IMG/VR virus record: IMGVR_UViG_3300030503_000315
Span: 13,211 to 77,210 of that record
DNA length: 64,000 bases
Direction: 5' to 3' (one strand)
From: a virus
Every line of letters starts with the position of its first letter. Position 1 is the stretch's first letter. A model generated the notes under the pieces. That model ran no database searches and was not told where the DNA came from. It was given only the letters and a program-made list of their open reading frames with translations. This document shows positions 28,244 to 38,186 of the stretch, piece by piece. A program made the translations under genes and the position numbers.

Positions 28244-29176
28244 TCACCACTTAGTCGGGAAATTATCGAAGATTGAATTGTGAGACGAAGACGAAGGATG
28301 ATCCTTAATCGTTTTCTTTACATCTGGTTCTGTCTTGTCCTTATCCCATGGTCGAACTGTATCATCTACTTCGAACACGGTGTCAGACAAGGCAGGGGCC
28401 CACGCGGGATCCTCAACAATAGAACATTCAATAGGAGAGATGCCGAATGCATTCAGGAATGCCAGGTGCTTTTGACCATCCCAATGTTGCTGCAAACTCC
28501 AGTTGACATTCTTTATCGATGAAATGTGAGGACAGACATGGGTGGAGGAACATTCTGATCCACAGAATCCACACTCAAAGTAATCAACAAGAGCACCCAT
28601 TGAGTACGTGTTGACTTCACCTTCCAGAATACGCCTGGCCATCTCAGGGTTCTTCTGCTTATCTATCCCATTCAGACCATTGACCTTCCACAACTTTCCC
28701 TCACCGTAACCCTGCACTTTACGGAATGATGAATCGAAGATCACCCCATACGCTTTCGTGTGATCTTCGTTGTCGTGCTCATAGTGCACCGGACATTTCG
28801 TCCACGCTTCGTACACCATCCGGTTCATTGGCGGTGGTTGAAACTTTGCTAACTCTGAACGAGGGAATGCTATACCGTTACGATTCGGGATATCAGATGG
28901 ACAGATAATGGTAGAGACAAGAATGTAGTCTTCGATATGCGGAGAAATATTGTAGACCTTGGCAGCGTAAGGTAACCAGGAAATATCCAGGCCACCCAAC
29001 ATCGACATGTCCTTCTCTGCATCTACTACCTGTACCGCTTGCGATACATCAGTGACTTTCTTGTTGGTCAAGGATTCGTCAATCGTAGACGAAGATATGC
29101 GAATGTTCTTAGCTCGCAACTCTGTCTTCGTCTTGTAGTTCGGATCCTCGTAGTAAGCTTTTGGAAGCCTTTGCAT
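28244..29176 (-). CDS. Prohead (head maturation) protease
   Basis: PNRNG..F, PVHYEH (His), GVIFD, YSMG (Ser), CxxC/C.H insert, E.SIV..PA; assemblin/HK97-type; upstream of the scaffold. Confidence 0.8.
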   Translation of the reverse strand: MQRLPKAYYEDPNYKTKTELRAKNIRISSSTIDESLTNKKVTDVSQAVQVVDAEKDMSMLGGLDISWLPYAAKVYNISPHIEDYILVSTIICPSDIPNRNGIAFPRSELAKFQPPPMNRMVYEAWTKCPVHYEHDNEDHTKAYGVIFDSSFRKVQGYGEGKLWKVNGLNGIDKQKNPEMARRILEGEVNTYSMGALVDYFECGFCGSECSSTHVCPHISSIKNVNWSLQQHWDGQKHLAFLNAFGISPIECSIVEDPAWAPALSDTVFEVDDTVRPWDKDKTEPDVKKTIKDHPSSSSHNSIFDNFPTKW

Positions 29177-29186
29177 CAGATCCTCC

Positions 29187-29609
29187 TTATCTAGCTACTA
29201 TCCACACATTACCGGCAGCGGTGAACGTGATCTTTACCGCGGCGAATGCACCTTGATACCAATAGATTGCATTATCTGTGATTGCCGAACCCGTCAGATT
29301 AGTCAATGCACCTGTTGGAGCAGCAACCCAAGGTACTACATTCTGAGCCGCAGGATCTTTAGCTAGGCCAGCGTTAGCTAGCGTGAACTCAACCGTGAAG
29401 TTTGCCTCGCCGTCACCTTGAAAGAAGTAACCACGATGAACAAGGTCACGTCCATGGATGTTGGAAGCCGGTAGAACAACATAGTCACCAGTCTTGCCCA
29501 TAACCTGATTCCAACCAATCGACAGGTCAGGTAGGTTGTTGGTGCCAGAACCCGCTAGTGCGTTCTTCGCGTAGGCTGGGCCGTGATTGCCCATAGCTTT
29601 ACCAGTCAT
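29187..29609 (-). CDS. Putative virion protein
   Basis: A/G/N-rich beta protein, GGAGG SD. Confidence 0.55.
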   Translation of the reverse strand: MTGKAMGNHGPAYAKNALAGSGTNNLPDLSIGWNQVMGKTGDYVVLPASNIHGRDLVHRGYFFQGDGEANFTVEFTLANAGLAKDPAAQNVVPWVAAPTGALTNLTGSAITDNAIYWYQGAFAAVKITFTAAGNVWIVAR

Positions 29610-29621
29610 TTATGCCTCCGC

Positions 29622-30008
29622 TTACTTTGTGATATCGAAGGACATGTCCTTCTTGACTGCAGGTTGTTGAACCTGAGTGGTTGTCGGTGTAATAGGAGCA
29701 GAAGCCGGCTTGGGTTTGATGAGCGAATTCACTTCCGCTTCAATAACTTTCGTTTCAGCTTTTACATCCGATACTACACCAGCTTCAATGTCTTTGAGTT
29801 TGTCCAGGAGAGCTTTGGGCCATGCGGATGCGTAAGCAAGACCTTCAGCAGCGGACTTTTGAGTTGCACCGAACTTCAGAACAGCTAGCTCGATGAATTG
29901 GTGAACATGCGTGGCAGTGAATTCTTCCGCATCTTTGATGTCGTACTCGAATTCCTGTAGAAGCTTCTTGAGTGTCGCTTGGAGTTCTTTCGTCATTTCT
30001 AACCTCAC
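29622..30008 (-). CDS. Hypothetical late protein
   Basis: In-line ORF; probable start at MTKELQ. Confidence 0.55.
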   Translation of the reverse strand: MRLEMTKELQATLKKLLQEFEYDIKDAEEFTATHVHQFIELAVLKFGATQKSAAEGLAYASAWPKALLDKLKDIEAGVVSDVKAETKVIEAEVNSLIKPKPASAPITPTTTQVQQPAVKKDMSFDITK

Positions 30009-30027
30009 TTTACTACATGTTCTTTGA

Positions 30028-30495
30028 TTACTTGAGATGCTTCAATTTTGAGATCATCTTTTCTTGCGCTTCGATGTATTGGACTAACTCATCTTCATCC
30101 CCAGCTGGATCGGGAGCACCTATAGGTTCAAGCATTGAGTTACTCGCATCCTGTTCCTTACCAGCTGCATTCTTACCAGTAAAGAATACACCAGGAAATC
30201 CATCTGCGTAGGTCCAGGTTACGCTTATTTCTTTTGTCCCATTCTCTTCCACGTCACCATATGCAAGTTCCGCACCCGCCTGTTTCAGTTGTTTTTCTGT
30301 CGGGATGGTTTTGAGTTTGATGACCTCAAAGACAACTTCAAAACTTCTATCATTCTGCTTCTCTGCCTTCTTCGCGGCCTCAATGCATTTTCTTCCTAAC
30401 TCAAATGTGGACAATTTTTTATGGAAACTATCTCTGTTTTCAGATGCTTTCACTTGCGTAGCCTTCAAGCGCGCGGTTGAGTTTACTTTGAACAT
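30028..30495 (-). CDS. Tagged putative internal head protein (family B)
   Basis: N-terminus MFKVNSTARLKATQVKAS. Confidence 0.65.
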   Translation of the reverse strand: MFKVNSTARLKATQVKASENRDSFHKKLSTFELGRKCIEAAKKAEKQNDRSFEVVFEVIKLKTIPTEKQLKQAGAELAYGDVEENGTKEISVTWTYADGFPGVFFTGKNAAGKEQDASNSMLEPIGAPDPAGDEDELVQYIEAQEKMISKLKHLK

Positions 30496-30497
30496 AA

Positions 30498-30791
30498 TTA
30501 AGTTCCAGGAAGTGGATTTTCTTGATACGCCTCAATCTGTTCAACCAGTGCAGGAGGAACTGGGCTCAGCGACTCGACAATGATATGTGGCTGTGCATTG
30601 TAGGGAACAACCACAGGGTAAGTGAACACATTGGCCAAGCTTACCTTAACCTGATCTGGCAGCGCCCTGTACTGCGCCTTGGCTACCGATGCATAAGCTT
30701 CAATCTCGTCCCACTTCAGCGGACCCGTAGAAATCGGATGACCATTGGCAAGACAAAACGAGCGAATAATCTCTACTGCATTACTATACAT
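30498..30791 (-). CDS. Hypothetical late protein
   Basis: GAGGAG SD; late motif at 30843. Confidence 0.55.
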   Translation of the reverse strand: MYSNAVEIIRSFCLANGHPISTGPLKWDEIEAYASVAKAQYRALPDQVKVSLANVFTYPVVVPYNAQPHIIVESLSPVPPALVEQIEAYQENPLPGT

Positions 30792-30811
30792 TTGACGCTC
30801 CTCGAAAGGGT

Positions 30812-30835
30812 GTGGTGGGGATTAATCCCCACCAC
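30812..30835. repeat. Perfect 24-bp palindrome GTGGTGGGGATTAATCCCCACCAC
   Basis: Read directly; lies between the late motif and the SD. Confidence 0.9.
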
Positions 30836-30842
30836 CTTACCA

Positions 30843-30850
30843 ATCAAATT
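30843..30850 (-). promoter_or_regulatory. Putative late promoter AATTTGAT
   Basis: Recurrent octamer, followed by TGGTAAG. Confidence 0.6.
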
Positions 30851-30857
30851 GGATTGA

Positions 30858-33800
30858 TTAGAATCCAGTATCGCTTGCCTTCACATCTTCAGGAGGACGC
30901 GCAACGAACTTCATGGTCTTGAGTTTGGTGATTTCCTTGTCAAGTTCCTTGATGTTTGCTACACTAACTCCGGCATCTCTCAGTGCTTTGATTACCTGGA
31001 TAATCTGAGCCACTGTTCCGAAGTATGCCAACGAAGGATCCGAATGCAACCAACGAATCGATGCACGCTTATACTTCATTGCTTCCCTAGTACCAGCCTG
31101 ACCCTGAGCGGGCAATGCAACATAAGCAGATCCGTCCTGGATGATCGGGTATGGTTTGAAGATCGTCTTATCGTTCGAAGCTTTGTGTTCCAACCGATAG
31201 AAGTTGGCGACATTGGCTTCGCGAGTTGCTTTGTAGGTCTCTTTGTGATTCTTGATCTGACCTGTTTGAAGCAGACGATACATTTCCATAAAGGCAGCAG
31301 GTACACCAGCTTTTATCAACGAGGCATCCATCGCCAGACCCTTCTCATGCCATAACTTCATCTGGATATTCATACGCTTCGCGTCTGGCATGCGAGCATA
31401 GAAGTATGCCGGAGTCGAACGGAACCCATGGGACTGCAATACCTTGATAGCCGTTTGATTTGCTTCGTCCATCAGATAATCCAAACCAAGGAAGCCATTC
31501 GTGATGAAGATCGTAAGCTCGATAGACAACTGATCGACAGGTTTCTTCTCGACTGGAGGATTGGCCTGCTTCTGCTTCTGAGTCTTGGGTTCGAGAAAGG
31601 GAATGGTCTTGCCTTTTCCCTTCGGTTGCGGAAACAACTTCTTGTAACGTTCCTTCAATGGTACCCAATGTTCTGCTGGTACTTCTGGTTCGGTCGAAGG
31701 AGGCAGATCACCAATCTGGCGAGCAATGAGTTTGCGGATGTCCTTGTTGGAGGTTTCTGTGCGGGTGATAAGGAACACCTGCGACTGACGTAGACGTGCT
31801 TCATATCCATTCGGCAATGCAACACGAATCCAACGAAGCTTTGGTGCTACCTTGATAATCACACCATCGCCGTACTCAGTATGAACCGGGCGACCCGTTA
31901 GCTCCGCACGACGCTGCAGATCCTCAGGAGACACCCCGTACATGCTTTCGTCATCCCCTGCCGGTCCTTCATCCTCATCTTCCTCTGAGGAAGGTGGCGC
32001 CAGATTCAAATACTCATCGATACGTTTCAAGCCTAGTTCTTTCTCAGAGTATAAACCAAGGCCAGGAACATACGGGGTACGCAATAATAGCTTGGCATCT
32101 GGTGGTGTGGGTGCCGCCTCGACCGGAGTCATTATCGGACCTTCACCGTGCTTTGCTATATAGGCTTCCTTGTATGCCGCATAGTCGTCATTACGAACCT
32201 GCATATAGGTTGCTTGGGCATCCGCGTACTCAACAAGACCAGGATTTTCCTCATTCACGTAATGCCATGAATTGAGAGTACGAATCGTGTCAAGGTTCAT
32301 AGGAACCACAGGCATATTCGGAATCTCATCGTACGTCGGACTATCGGTGTTCTCGAACTTAGCCGATGCGATAACCTTGGCGATCAAACGTGCTTGCTTG
32401 GTGATGTCATACGTTTGGTCAGCAACAATCGTATCGAAGAAGATTTCTGAACGCGTGTCTTTCTTCTTAAACTCTGGACGTTCAATACGAGAGTTCGACT
32501 GTTCCAGGCTACCGGGGTTCCAAGGCGACGACAGGCGAATGATACGTGAACCGACTTGCAGGTTCAGCCCTTCTTCCATCGATTGAACAACACCCACCAT
32601 CCAACGTTTGTTTGGGTTGTTTTCCAACTGCGATAGGATTTCAACCTTGTCACTCGCCTTATAGAGAATGCCGTATTTCTTCAGGTCAGGTGGCGCCTTG
32701 TTGAATACTTCCTCAGCTGCTTCGATCTGGTTAACGAATACCAAGACCTTACCCGGGAACGGACCATAAGGCATCGGTTGACCAGTTTTCGGATTCTTTA
32801 CTTCACCACCAAACAGATGCGAACGAATACGTTCGTAGCACTTCGTTACCTTTGGGCTTAACAGGTCCTCACCCTTAAGCATAATCTTACCGACCTTATC
32901 AGATCCTGGTGCTATAAGGAACTGTTCGAGACGTGCAAGGTAGGGGTTAAGCATGGAAGACAGATCTTCATCTTCATCCTCGTCTGCTGCCTTCTGTTCG
33001 TCTGTACCTTCCTCTTCCTCATCATCTTCCTCATCTGCCAACTCATCATTGGTTGGCATTCCACCCGGCTTACCTTTCTGCAGGAACTTACGCAACTGCT
33101 TCTTGGTCTTGGCGTCCTTCTCGATTTCCTCAATCGTTGCGTTAAGAATATCCTGATAGACTGCCTGCTGTGCATCTGTTAGATCAACACCGCCTAGCCA
33201 TTCAACGCGCTTAGGCAAGAATGCGGCCCATTCTTTACGCATGGCTCCCGCAACAACAATCCTGGACTTGATCTTGTCCATGATCTTTTTCTCTGCCCCC
33301 GGCTTCCAGGTAAGAACGCGGTCACCGCGAACCTTTTCGCCATACTCTGAGTTGAACTCATCTCTGGTACCAAACAAAGTTGGGTCCAATGCACCGATAA
33401 TACGTGCAAGATCGGATGGAGAATCGTGAGCGAACGTACCAGACGCCAGACGTTTCTTCGGGATATCTGCCAGAAGAGCCATCACCGATTTGTTACGAGC
33501 AGTCTTGCCTTTGATCTTGTGTGCTTCATCGATTGCTACGTAGTTAAAACTGAACTGACGCAGAAAGTCGATAACAGGGAACACGATGGTGGGTTCTGTA
33601 CCATACGAAACTGTACGTGCGCGATACCGCAGAGTATCCAACGCTACAACCACCACGGTGTTGCGAGGTGCTGCCTCAAGGATCTTCTGAAGACGAGGCC
33701 AACCATTCTGCCGGATAGCTACATTAGTCAATGCAATAACGTTAAGCTTACCGTCGGTGAAGTACACCGCTTCCTTGACGTAGTTAGGCACAAGGTGGTT

Positions 33801-35654
33801 CGGACATAGAACTAGATATGGCGCATCCTTATCTGCCTTGAATCTCTGAAGGATATCAAGCAGTAACAGAGGAGACTTACCACCACCAGCCTGAACCGGC
33901 ATGATCGCCAACTCAGGATCGTCCTTCATGAGATTCTCGATCTTGATCTGGTGGGGCAGAAGACCCATGTCAGAACGAACAAGAGGAACCGAAGGCATCT
34001 TCCAATTGGGATCAATGCCTTGGTTGATAGCAGCGGCGCGATTCGTTTCATCCTTCGCGCGCAGCTCCGGCATGTTATCTGTGTAGTGCGAGATCATCAC
34101 GACCCAAGGAAACATCGTCTCTACAGTTGACACCGAATACTTAAGGTACACTGCTTCGAGATTATCCTTGACTGCGCCTTCAATACGTTTGATGTAACGT
34201 GCTAGAGGTGCAAATGGTGGGAATCCATTCTCACTAATCTCCGACATCGTGCACTTGACACCTTCCGCAGCACCACCATGTACTTTGAACCATGCTTTAA
34301 GCGCTACGTCGAAATATTCTTTAGGCTTATGGTCGTTCTTCTCAAGAGCTCCCACCACATTCGACTCTATGCCGACCAGATCTTTTTCCCTAACTACGAA
34401 GTCTGACTGTGCAACCCCAGCAGCCTCACCCATTTGAACAAACCACGCTATCTCTTTGTCCGTGACAGGCTTCTTGTCTAAAAGAGTGCGAAGGTGCGAA
34501 ACATTAGCCGGTTGGAATCGTGTCAGATCCTCCACCGTCAGTTTGCCTTCTGTGTTGGTGTACGTGTACTTGTTATTCAACCAGTCAACAGAGACTACCA
34601 TATTGATTGGCAACTTGTTCTTTACTTCCTTGCCCGACTCCATGAGAGTAGAGCCTTCCGCAAGGGAGTGGAATGCGAATGATCCGTCGTCACGTTGACC
34701 TGCATTGGTGTAACGATCTTCATATGCAATCGTCTGCTGCTTGTCGATCTCTTTCGGGAGGAAGTATGGCCTACCATCCGGACCAATCGACAATCCTAGA
34801 TCATTGATGCGTGCGGAATCAGAGTGTGTCGGAGGGAGGGAGAATGCAATCGAAGAGACAGAGAACGAGGCAAGAGGAACAGTACCACGTGCACCATAAC
34901 CCGAATCCATCCAGTGGAGGATCAATGGGTAGATATCGATATTGCGAATCGTCGACCAATCTGTAACTGTCAGCTGTTGTGCTTCAGCCTTAGAGATCAC
35001 AAAATCCGCGAAGACAATAACTAGATTGCCCTGAACGCGAACTGCTATACCTGAGAGACATTGCTTCAGGGAATTTGCTCCCATAGCATCCAAACCCATT
35101 GCATCGATAACTTTCTGGGTCGGGATGACTTTTTGAGCTTGCGTTTCCTTCACGAACTCTTTCAGTTCGTCCTGCAGGGCAAACACCTGGTCGTTCAAAC
35201 CTTCAGGTTGTTCCTGAGCTTTCTTTGCGTGTGCAAAACCTAGCATCCACTGTGTCAGAAAATCTGCAACCGATCCCACGCCATGCTTCGTGAAAACCAT
35301 GAGTGGTACAGAGACAGCAAAGTGAGGATTGTTCGAATCCATGACCTTGCGCACCTTCAGATACCCAGCGGGTGTGCGTTTGTACAGTTGCTCAGCAGCC
35401 GCGCGCATCTTGATCTTGCCGAAACGGGGATCCTTGTAAACAGATGGGAACAACGGTGCGGCCCACAGTCCGGTCATGAATGCTGTCTCAGAACCTTTGT
35501 AGGCAGCTGAGTAGATATACATGAACCCTTTCTTAAGATCCTCTTTCGGCAACATCAGATGCTGCGGTATTACGAGATTTGTTGTCGGGCGTAGTGGCAT
35601 CCCTGACTCCATTTTATGGTTCGTGTCGGAATAGTTCATACCGGTTTCTGGCAA
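30858..35654 (-). CDS. Large SNF2/SWI2-like SF2 ATPase (1598 aa; start may be the ATG at 35639)
   Basis: LLPHQ, QAGGGKS, LVLCP, VAIDEAHKIK, LASGT, LT..Q..VY, SPK, KVLVF, EGLNLQ, PWNP...EQ...RIER. Confidence 0.85.
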   Translation of the reverse strand: MPETGMNYSDTNHKMESGMPLRPTTNLVIPQHLMLPKEDLKKGFMYIYSAAYKGSETAFMTGLWAAPLFPSVYKDPRFGKIKMRAAAEQLYKRTPAGYLKVRKVMDSNNPHFAVSVPLMVFTKHGVGSVADFLTQWMLGFAHAKKAQEQPEGLNDQVFALQDELKEFVKETQAQKVIPTQKVIDAMGLDAMGANSLKQCLSGIAVRVQGNLVIVFADFVISKAEAQQLTVTDWSTIRNIDIYPLILHWMDSGYGARGTVPLASFSVSSIAFSLPPTHSDSARINDLGLSIGPDGRPYFLPKEIDKQQTIAYEDRYTNAGQRDDGSFAFHSLAEGSTLMESGKEVKNKLPINMVVSVDWLNNKYTYTNTEGKLTVEDLTRFQPANVSHLRTLLDKKPVTDKEIAWFVQMGEAAGVAQSDFVVREKDLVGIESNVVGALEKNDHKPKEYFDVALKAWFKVHGGAAEGVKCTMSEISENGFPPFAPLARYIKRIEGAVKDNLEAVYLKYSVSTVETMFPWVVMISHYTDNMPELRAKDETNRAAAINQGIDPNWKMPSVPLVRSDMGLLPHQIKIENLMKDDPELAIMPVQAGGGKSPLLLLDILQRFKADKDAPYLVLCPNHLVPNYVKEAVYFTDGKLNVIALTNVAIRQNGWPRLQKILEAAPRNTVVVVALDTLRYRARTVSYGTEPTIVFPVIDFLRQFSFNYVAIDEAHKIKGKTARNKSVMALLADIPKKRLASGTFAHDSPSDLARIIGALDPTLFGTRDEFNSEYGEKVRGDRVLTWKPGAEKKIMDKIKSRIVVAGAMRKEWAAFLPKRVEWLGGVDLTDAQQAVYQDILNATIEEIEKDAKTKKQLRKFLQKGKPGGMPTNDELADEEDDEEEEGTDEQKAADEDEDEDLSSMLNPYLARLEQFLIAPGSDKVGKIMLKGEDLLSPKVTKCYERIRSHLFGGEVKNPKTGQPMPYGPFPGKVLVFVNQIEAAEEVFNKAPPDLKKYGILYKASDKVEILSQLENNPNKRWMVGVVQSMEEGLNLQVGSRIIRLSSPWNPGSLEQSNSRIERPEFKKKDTRSEIFFDTIVADQTYDITKQARLIAKVIASAKFENTDSPTYDEIPNMPVVPMNLDTIRTLNSWHYVNEENPGLVEYADAQATYMQVRNDDYAAYKEAYIAKHGEGPIMTPVEAAPTPPDAKLLLRTPYVPGLGLYSEKELGLKRIDEYLNLAPPSSEEDEDEGPAGDDESMYGVSPEDLQRRAELTGRPVHTEYGDGVIIKVAPKLRWIRVALPNGYEARLRQSQVFLITRTETSNKDIRKLIARQIGDLPPSTEPEVPAEHWVPLKERYKKLFPQPKGKGKTIPFLEPKTQKQKQANPPVEKKPVDQLSIELTIFITNGFLGLDYLMDEANQTAIKVLQSHGFRSTPAYFYARMPDAKRMNIQMKLWHEKGLAMDASLIKAGVPAAFMEMYRLLQTGQIKNHKETYKATREANVANFYRLEHKASNDKTIFKPYPIIQDGSAYVALPAQGQAGTREAMKYKRASIRWLHSDPSLAYFGTVAQIIQVIKALRDAGVSVANIKELDKEITKLKTMKFVARPPEDVKASDTGF

Positions 35655-35675
35655 TAAAATCGAACCGGCATTAGC

Positions 35676-35683
35676 ATCAAATT
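35676..35683 (-). promoter_or_regulatory. Putative late promoter AATTTGAT for the SNF2-like gene
   Basis: Recurrent octamer just downstream of a terminator. Confidence 0.6.
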
Positions 35684-35704
35684 GCTAACTTAGGGATAGT
35701 GGGC

Positions 35705-35746
35705 AAAAAGCAAAAGGGTTCCAGATCTTGTTAGGACCTGGAACCC
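35705..35746 (-). terminator. Intrinsic terminator
   Basis: GGGTTCCAG/CTGGAACCC stem followed by TTTTGCTTTTT on the minus strand. Confidence 0.8.
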
Positions 35747-35806
35747 ATACCAGCGTGAACTACATTGCACCGTACTATTTACTATTCCTCATCTAAGACT
35801 GAACTG

Positions 35807-36064
35807 TTACTTCGTAGTCGTGGAACCGTATGTGCTCGGCAAGCTTGTAGCTGCTGCAGAAGCAATCTTCTGTGCGTCTGACGTAAGAGACGAGATCTCT
35901 GTGCCGACATCAGTGATTGCCGAAGACAGGAGGCTAGGATATTTCTGCAGAAGAAAACGGTAGCCGAAGCCACCGACCAGAATACCAATACCTAGCAACG
36001 GTAGCTCAAGCAGTACGTGATAGATCGAACCAAACAAGGAAAAGAAATCAGAAAGGAAAGACAT
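35807..36064 (-). CDS. Small membrane protein
   Basis: Hydrophobic N-terminal segment LPLLGIGILVGGFGY. Confidence 0.55.
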   Translation of the reverse strand: MSFLSDFFSLFGSIYHVLLELPLLGIGILVGGFGYRFLLQKYPSLLSSAITDVGTEISSLTSDAQKIASAAATSLPSTYGSTTTK

Positions 36065-36079
36065 GGATAGACTCCAAAG

Positions 36080-36793
36080 TTAGATCAAACGGTGTTGCAT
36101 ACCAAAAGGTCTCATCGACCGGATTAGTGGAAGCCACAGAACTGAGAGGATGAATTCCTCAATCTCTGCCCTCGAAGGTAACAACTCGTTGGGCAGCGTA
36201 GGAAACATGGGGATGGAAATTTCGTATCCTACCAACCATCTCTCCTTCAACATCGGTGCTTCCGACTCAACGAAGAGTGAGAGATTGTGGGTAAGACGTT
36301 TGATGTACCGGTTGGGTGCATCGGGTTGAACAGTAGGGAAATTGTAAGGCATCGGTAGATGTTCCAACCACTTGATAAATGAAGGATCATCTATACGTGC
36401 TTTCGCGTACACACGTAAGACAAATCCATTCTCAGTCAAATGTACTTGCCTAAGTGTCGTCCGGATCTTGATGTCCCGGAAGAAGTGGTTCTTGTTGACG
36501 AAGCGAACAAAATCCTCTCGTGCTATCTTTAGTATGTCAACTATCTCGTCGTTCCTATCTACACTCGTATTCGAGAAAGGGAAGACCTGACGTTTTTCAC
36601 ACAAGCGTACGTAGTTTTTGATAGCGATTCCCCAGTCCCTCAATGCCTCGCCACAGGGAATCAATTCGTGGATTGCTGTCGTCCACTCAGCTATGTTGTT
36701 TGCGTTCATGCCCGTTGGAAACCCTTTCACCGTAGGCGATCGGGCCTGGTCAAGCTGAGGCACACCTAATGAGGAGAGGAAAGGGTTCGCCAT
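36080..36793 (-). CDS. Hypothetical protein
   Basis: 237-aa ORF with GAGG SD. Confidence 0.6.
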   Translation of the reverse strand: MANPFLSSLGVPQLDQARSPTVKGFPTGMNANNIAEWTTAIHELIPCGEALRDWGIAIKNYVRLCEKRQVFPFSNTSVDRNDEIVDILKIAREDFVRFVNKNHFFRDIKIRTTLRQVHLTENGFVLRVYAKARIDDPSFIKWLEHLPMPYNFPTVQPDAPNRYIKRLTHNLSLFVESEAPMLKERWLVGYEISIPMFPTLPNELLPSRAEIEEFILSVLWLPLIRSMRPFGMQHRLI

Positions 36794-36799
36794 AATGCC

Positions 36800-37603
36800 T
36801 CATTGGTCCCGAGTCTTTTTCATACGAAGCCATTTATCTTGACCTCGCTTGGTAGATGGAGCCTTTGCTTTTGGTGCTGGTTCAAACCTACCAGGTCTAT
36901 CTTCCACTTTTTGTGGAGGTTTCTTTTTACTTTGGGCCGCAGTCAACCGCCTAGCCGAAGCATTCTGTAACTGAAGTGCTGGGGCTCCATCATTCAACAG
37001 CATCGACTTATCCGACTCGAAGCCTATCCCTGTATCGTCCGGCCCTACTCCATCAACCAATGCGGAGTCCTGCATCTCATCATCCGTCGACTGACCAACA
37101 GGTGCACCGTCATTCAGCACCATGTCGTCCGTGTTGGTTGTCGCAGGATCATCGTCACCTTGCAAAACTTCTTGCTGTTCGCTTAATCCTTCTTCACCTT
37201 GACCACCGTCATCATACTCAGTAATTTCTGCGGTCACAGTCAGACGATACGCAGCATTGATGGAGAACGAGGCTTCAGACTTTTCAATAGGGTAGCCTTC
37301 ACCATATTCGCCACCACCTAGTTCTTCGCCTTCCTGGAAGTGAGTCGATACACCTTCAACTAGTTCATTCAGTTGCGTGTCGTCACCTTCGTCTTCCTCA
37401 TGGTGAATCTCATCACCCAACATCTCGTATGCATGGCTTTCGAGTGTTTCTTTGTCAACGCCTAACGAATGTGCCAACGCGTGGAATTGATCGTCTGAGG
37501 GTTCTGGATTAACCTGGAGGAATAGAACAATCAGTTCGTGAAGCTTGCTTTCGTCTTTATCCATTTCAATTCTCAATCTCAAAGGTGAAGACTGGTTTGC
37601 CAC
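36800..37603 (-). CDS. Acidic core-like protein with internal tag motifs
   Basis: SFSINAAYRLTVTA and QNASARRLTAA inside; repeated M.LNDGAP; likely start at MDKDES. Confidence 0.6.
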   Translation of the reverse strand: MANQSSPLRLRIEMDKDESKLHELIVLFLQVNPEPSDDQFHALAHSLGVDKETLESHAYEMLGDEIHHEEDEGDDTQLNELVEGVSTHFQEGEELGGGEYGEGYPIEKSEASFSINAAYRLTVTAEITEYDDGGQGEEGLSEQQEVLQGDDDPATTNTDDMVLNDGAPVGQSTDDEMQDSALVDGVGPDDTGIGFESDKSMLLNDGAPALQLQNASARRLTAAQSKKKPPQKVEDRPGRFEPAPKAKAPSTKRGQDKWLRMKKTRDQ

Positions 37604-37874
37604 TCACAACATGAATACTTAACAGGGCCTTGCTTTCCAACATCGCAGTCTGTAGACGACGCAGGTCGTTGACACCAATATCATGGGTCGTGGATGGAGC
37701 AAAGAACGACAGGGAAGTATGAGCACCATCAACTGATTGGTCCATCTTAAGACCTTTGCCAAATAGAGAGGCCATTGCACTCTCCAATGCTGCAGCTGTC
37801 TTACCCACGTCCTCGAAATGTTTTGGCGCTTGCGCCGGGTCTGCTCTTAAACGATGAGTTGAGTTGATCCTCAT
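37566..37874 (-). CDS. Tagged putative internal head protein
   Basis: N-terminus MRINSTHRLRAD. Confidence 0.65.
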   Translation of the reverse strand: MRINSTHRLRADPAQAPKHFEDVGKTAAALESAMASLFGKGLKMDQSVDGAHTSLSFFAPSTTHDIGVNDLRRLQTAMLESKALLSIHVVSGKPVFTFEIEN

Positions 37875-37883
37875 TTCTTATCC

Positions 37884-38186
37884 TTAGTCTCTAACACTTA
37901 GAGTCGTAGTGCCACCAACCATAGAGAGGTTGATGTAGTAATCTAATTGCCCATGAGTCAACCGTGACTTTGCTTTGTCGAACGTCCATCCACTATTCTT
38001 CAGTAAGGAAGTGACGTTACTAATCGTACCGTTCAATACCTGGATTGAACTGCCGGACATCTTCACCTGATACCTAGCCTTTCGTAACTGATCCGCTACT
38101 TCTGCCTGGATCCCACCTTGGGTGTTAGATGGTGCAGCTTCAACCTCAGTAGCTTTCAACCTCGATGCTGAATTGATCTCAATCAT
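37884..38186 (-). CDS. Tagged putative internal head protein (family C)
   Basis: N-terminus MIEINSASRLKATEVEAA. Confidence 0.65.
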   Translation of the reverse strand: MIEINSASRLKATEVEAAPSNTQGGIQAEVADQLRKARYQVKMSGSSIQVLNGTISNVTSLLKNSGWTFDKAKSRLTHGQLDYYINLSMVGGTTTLSVRD

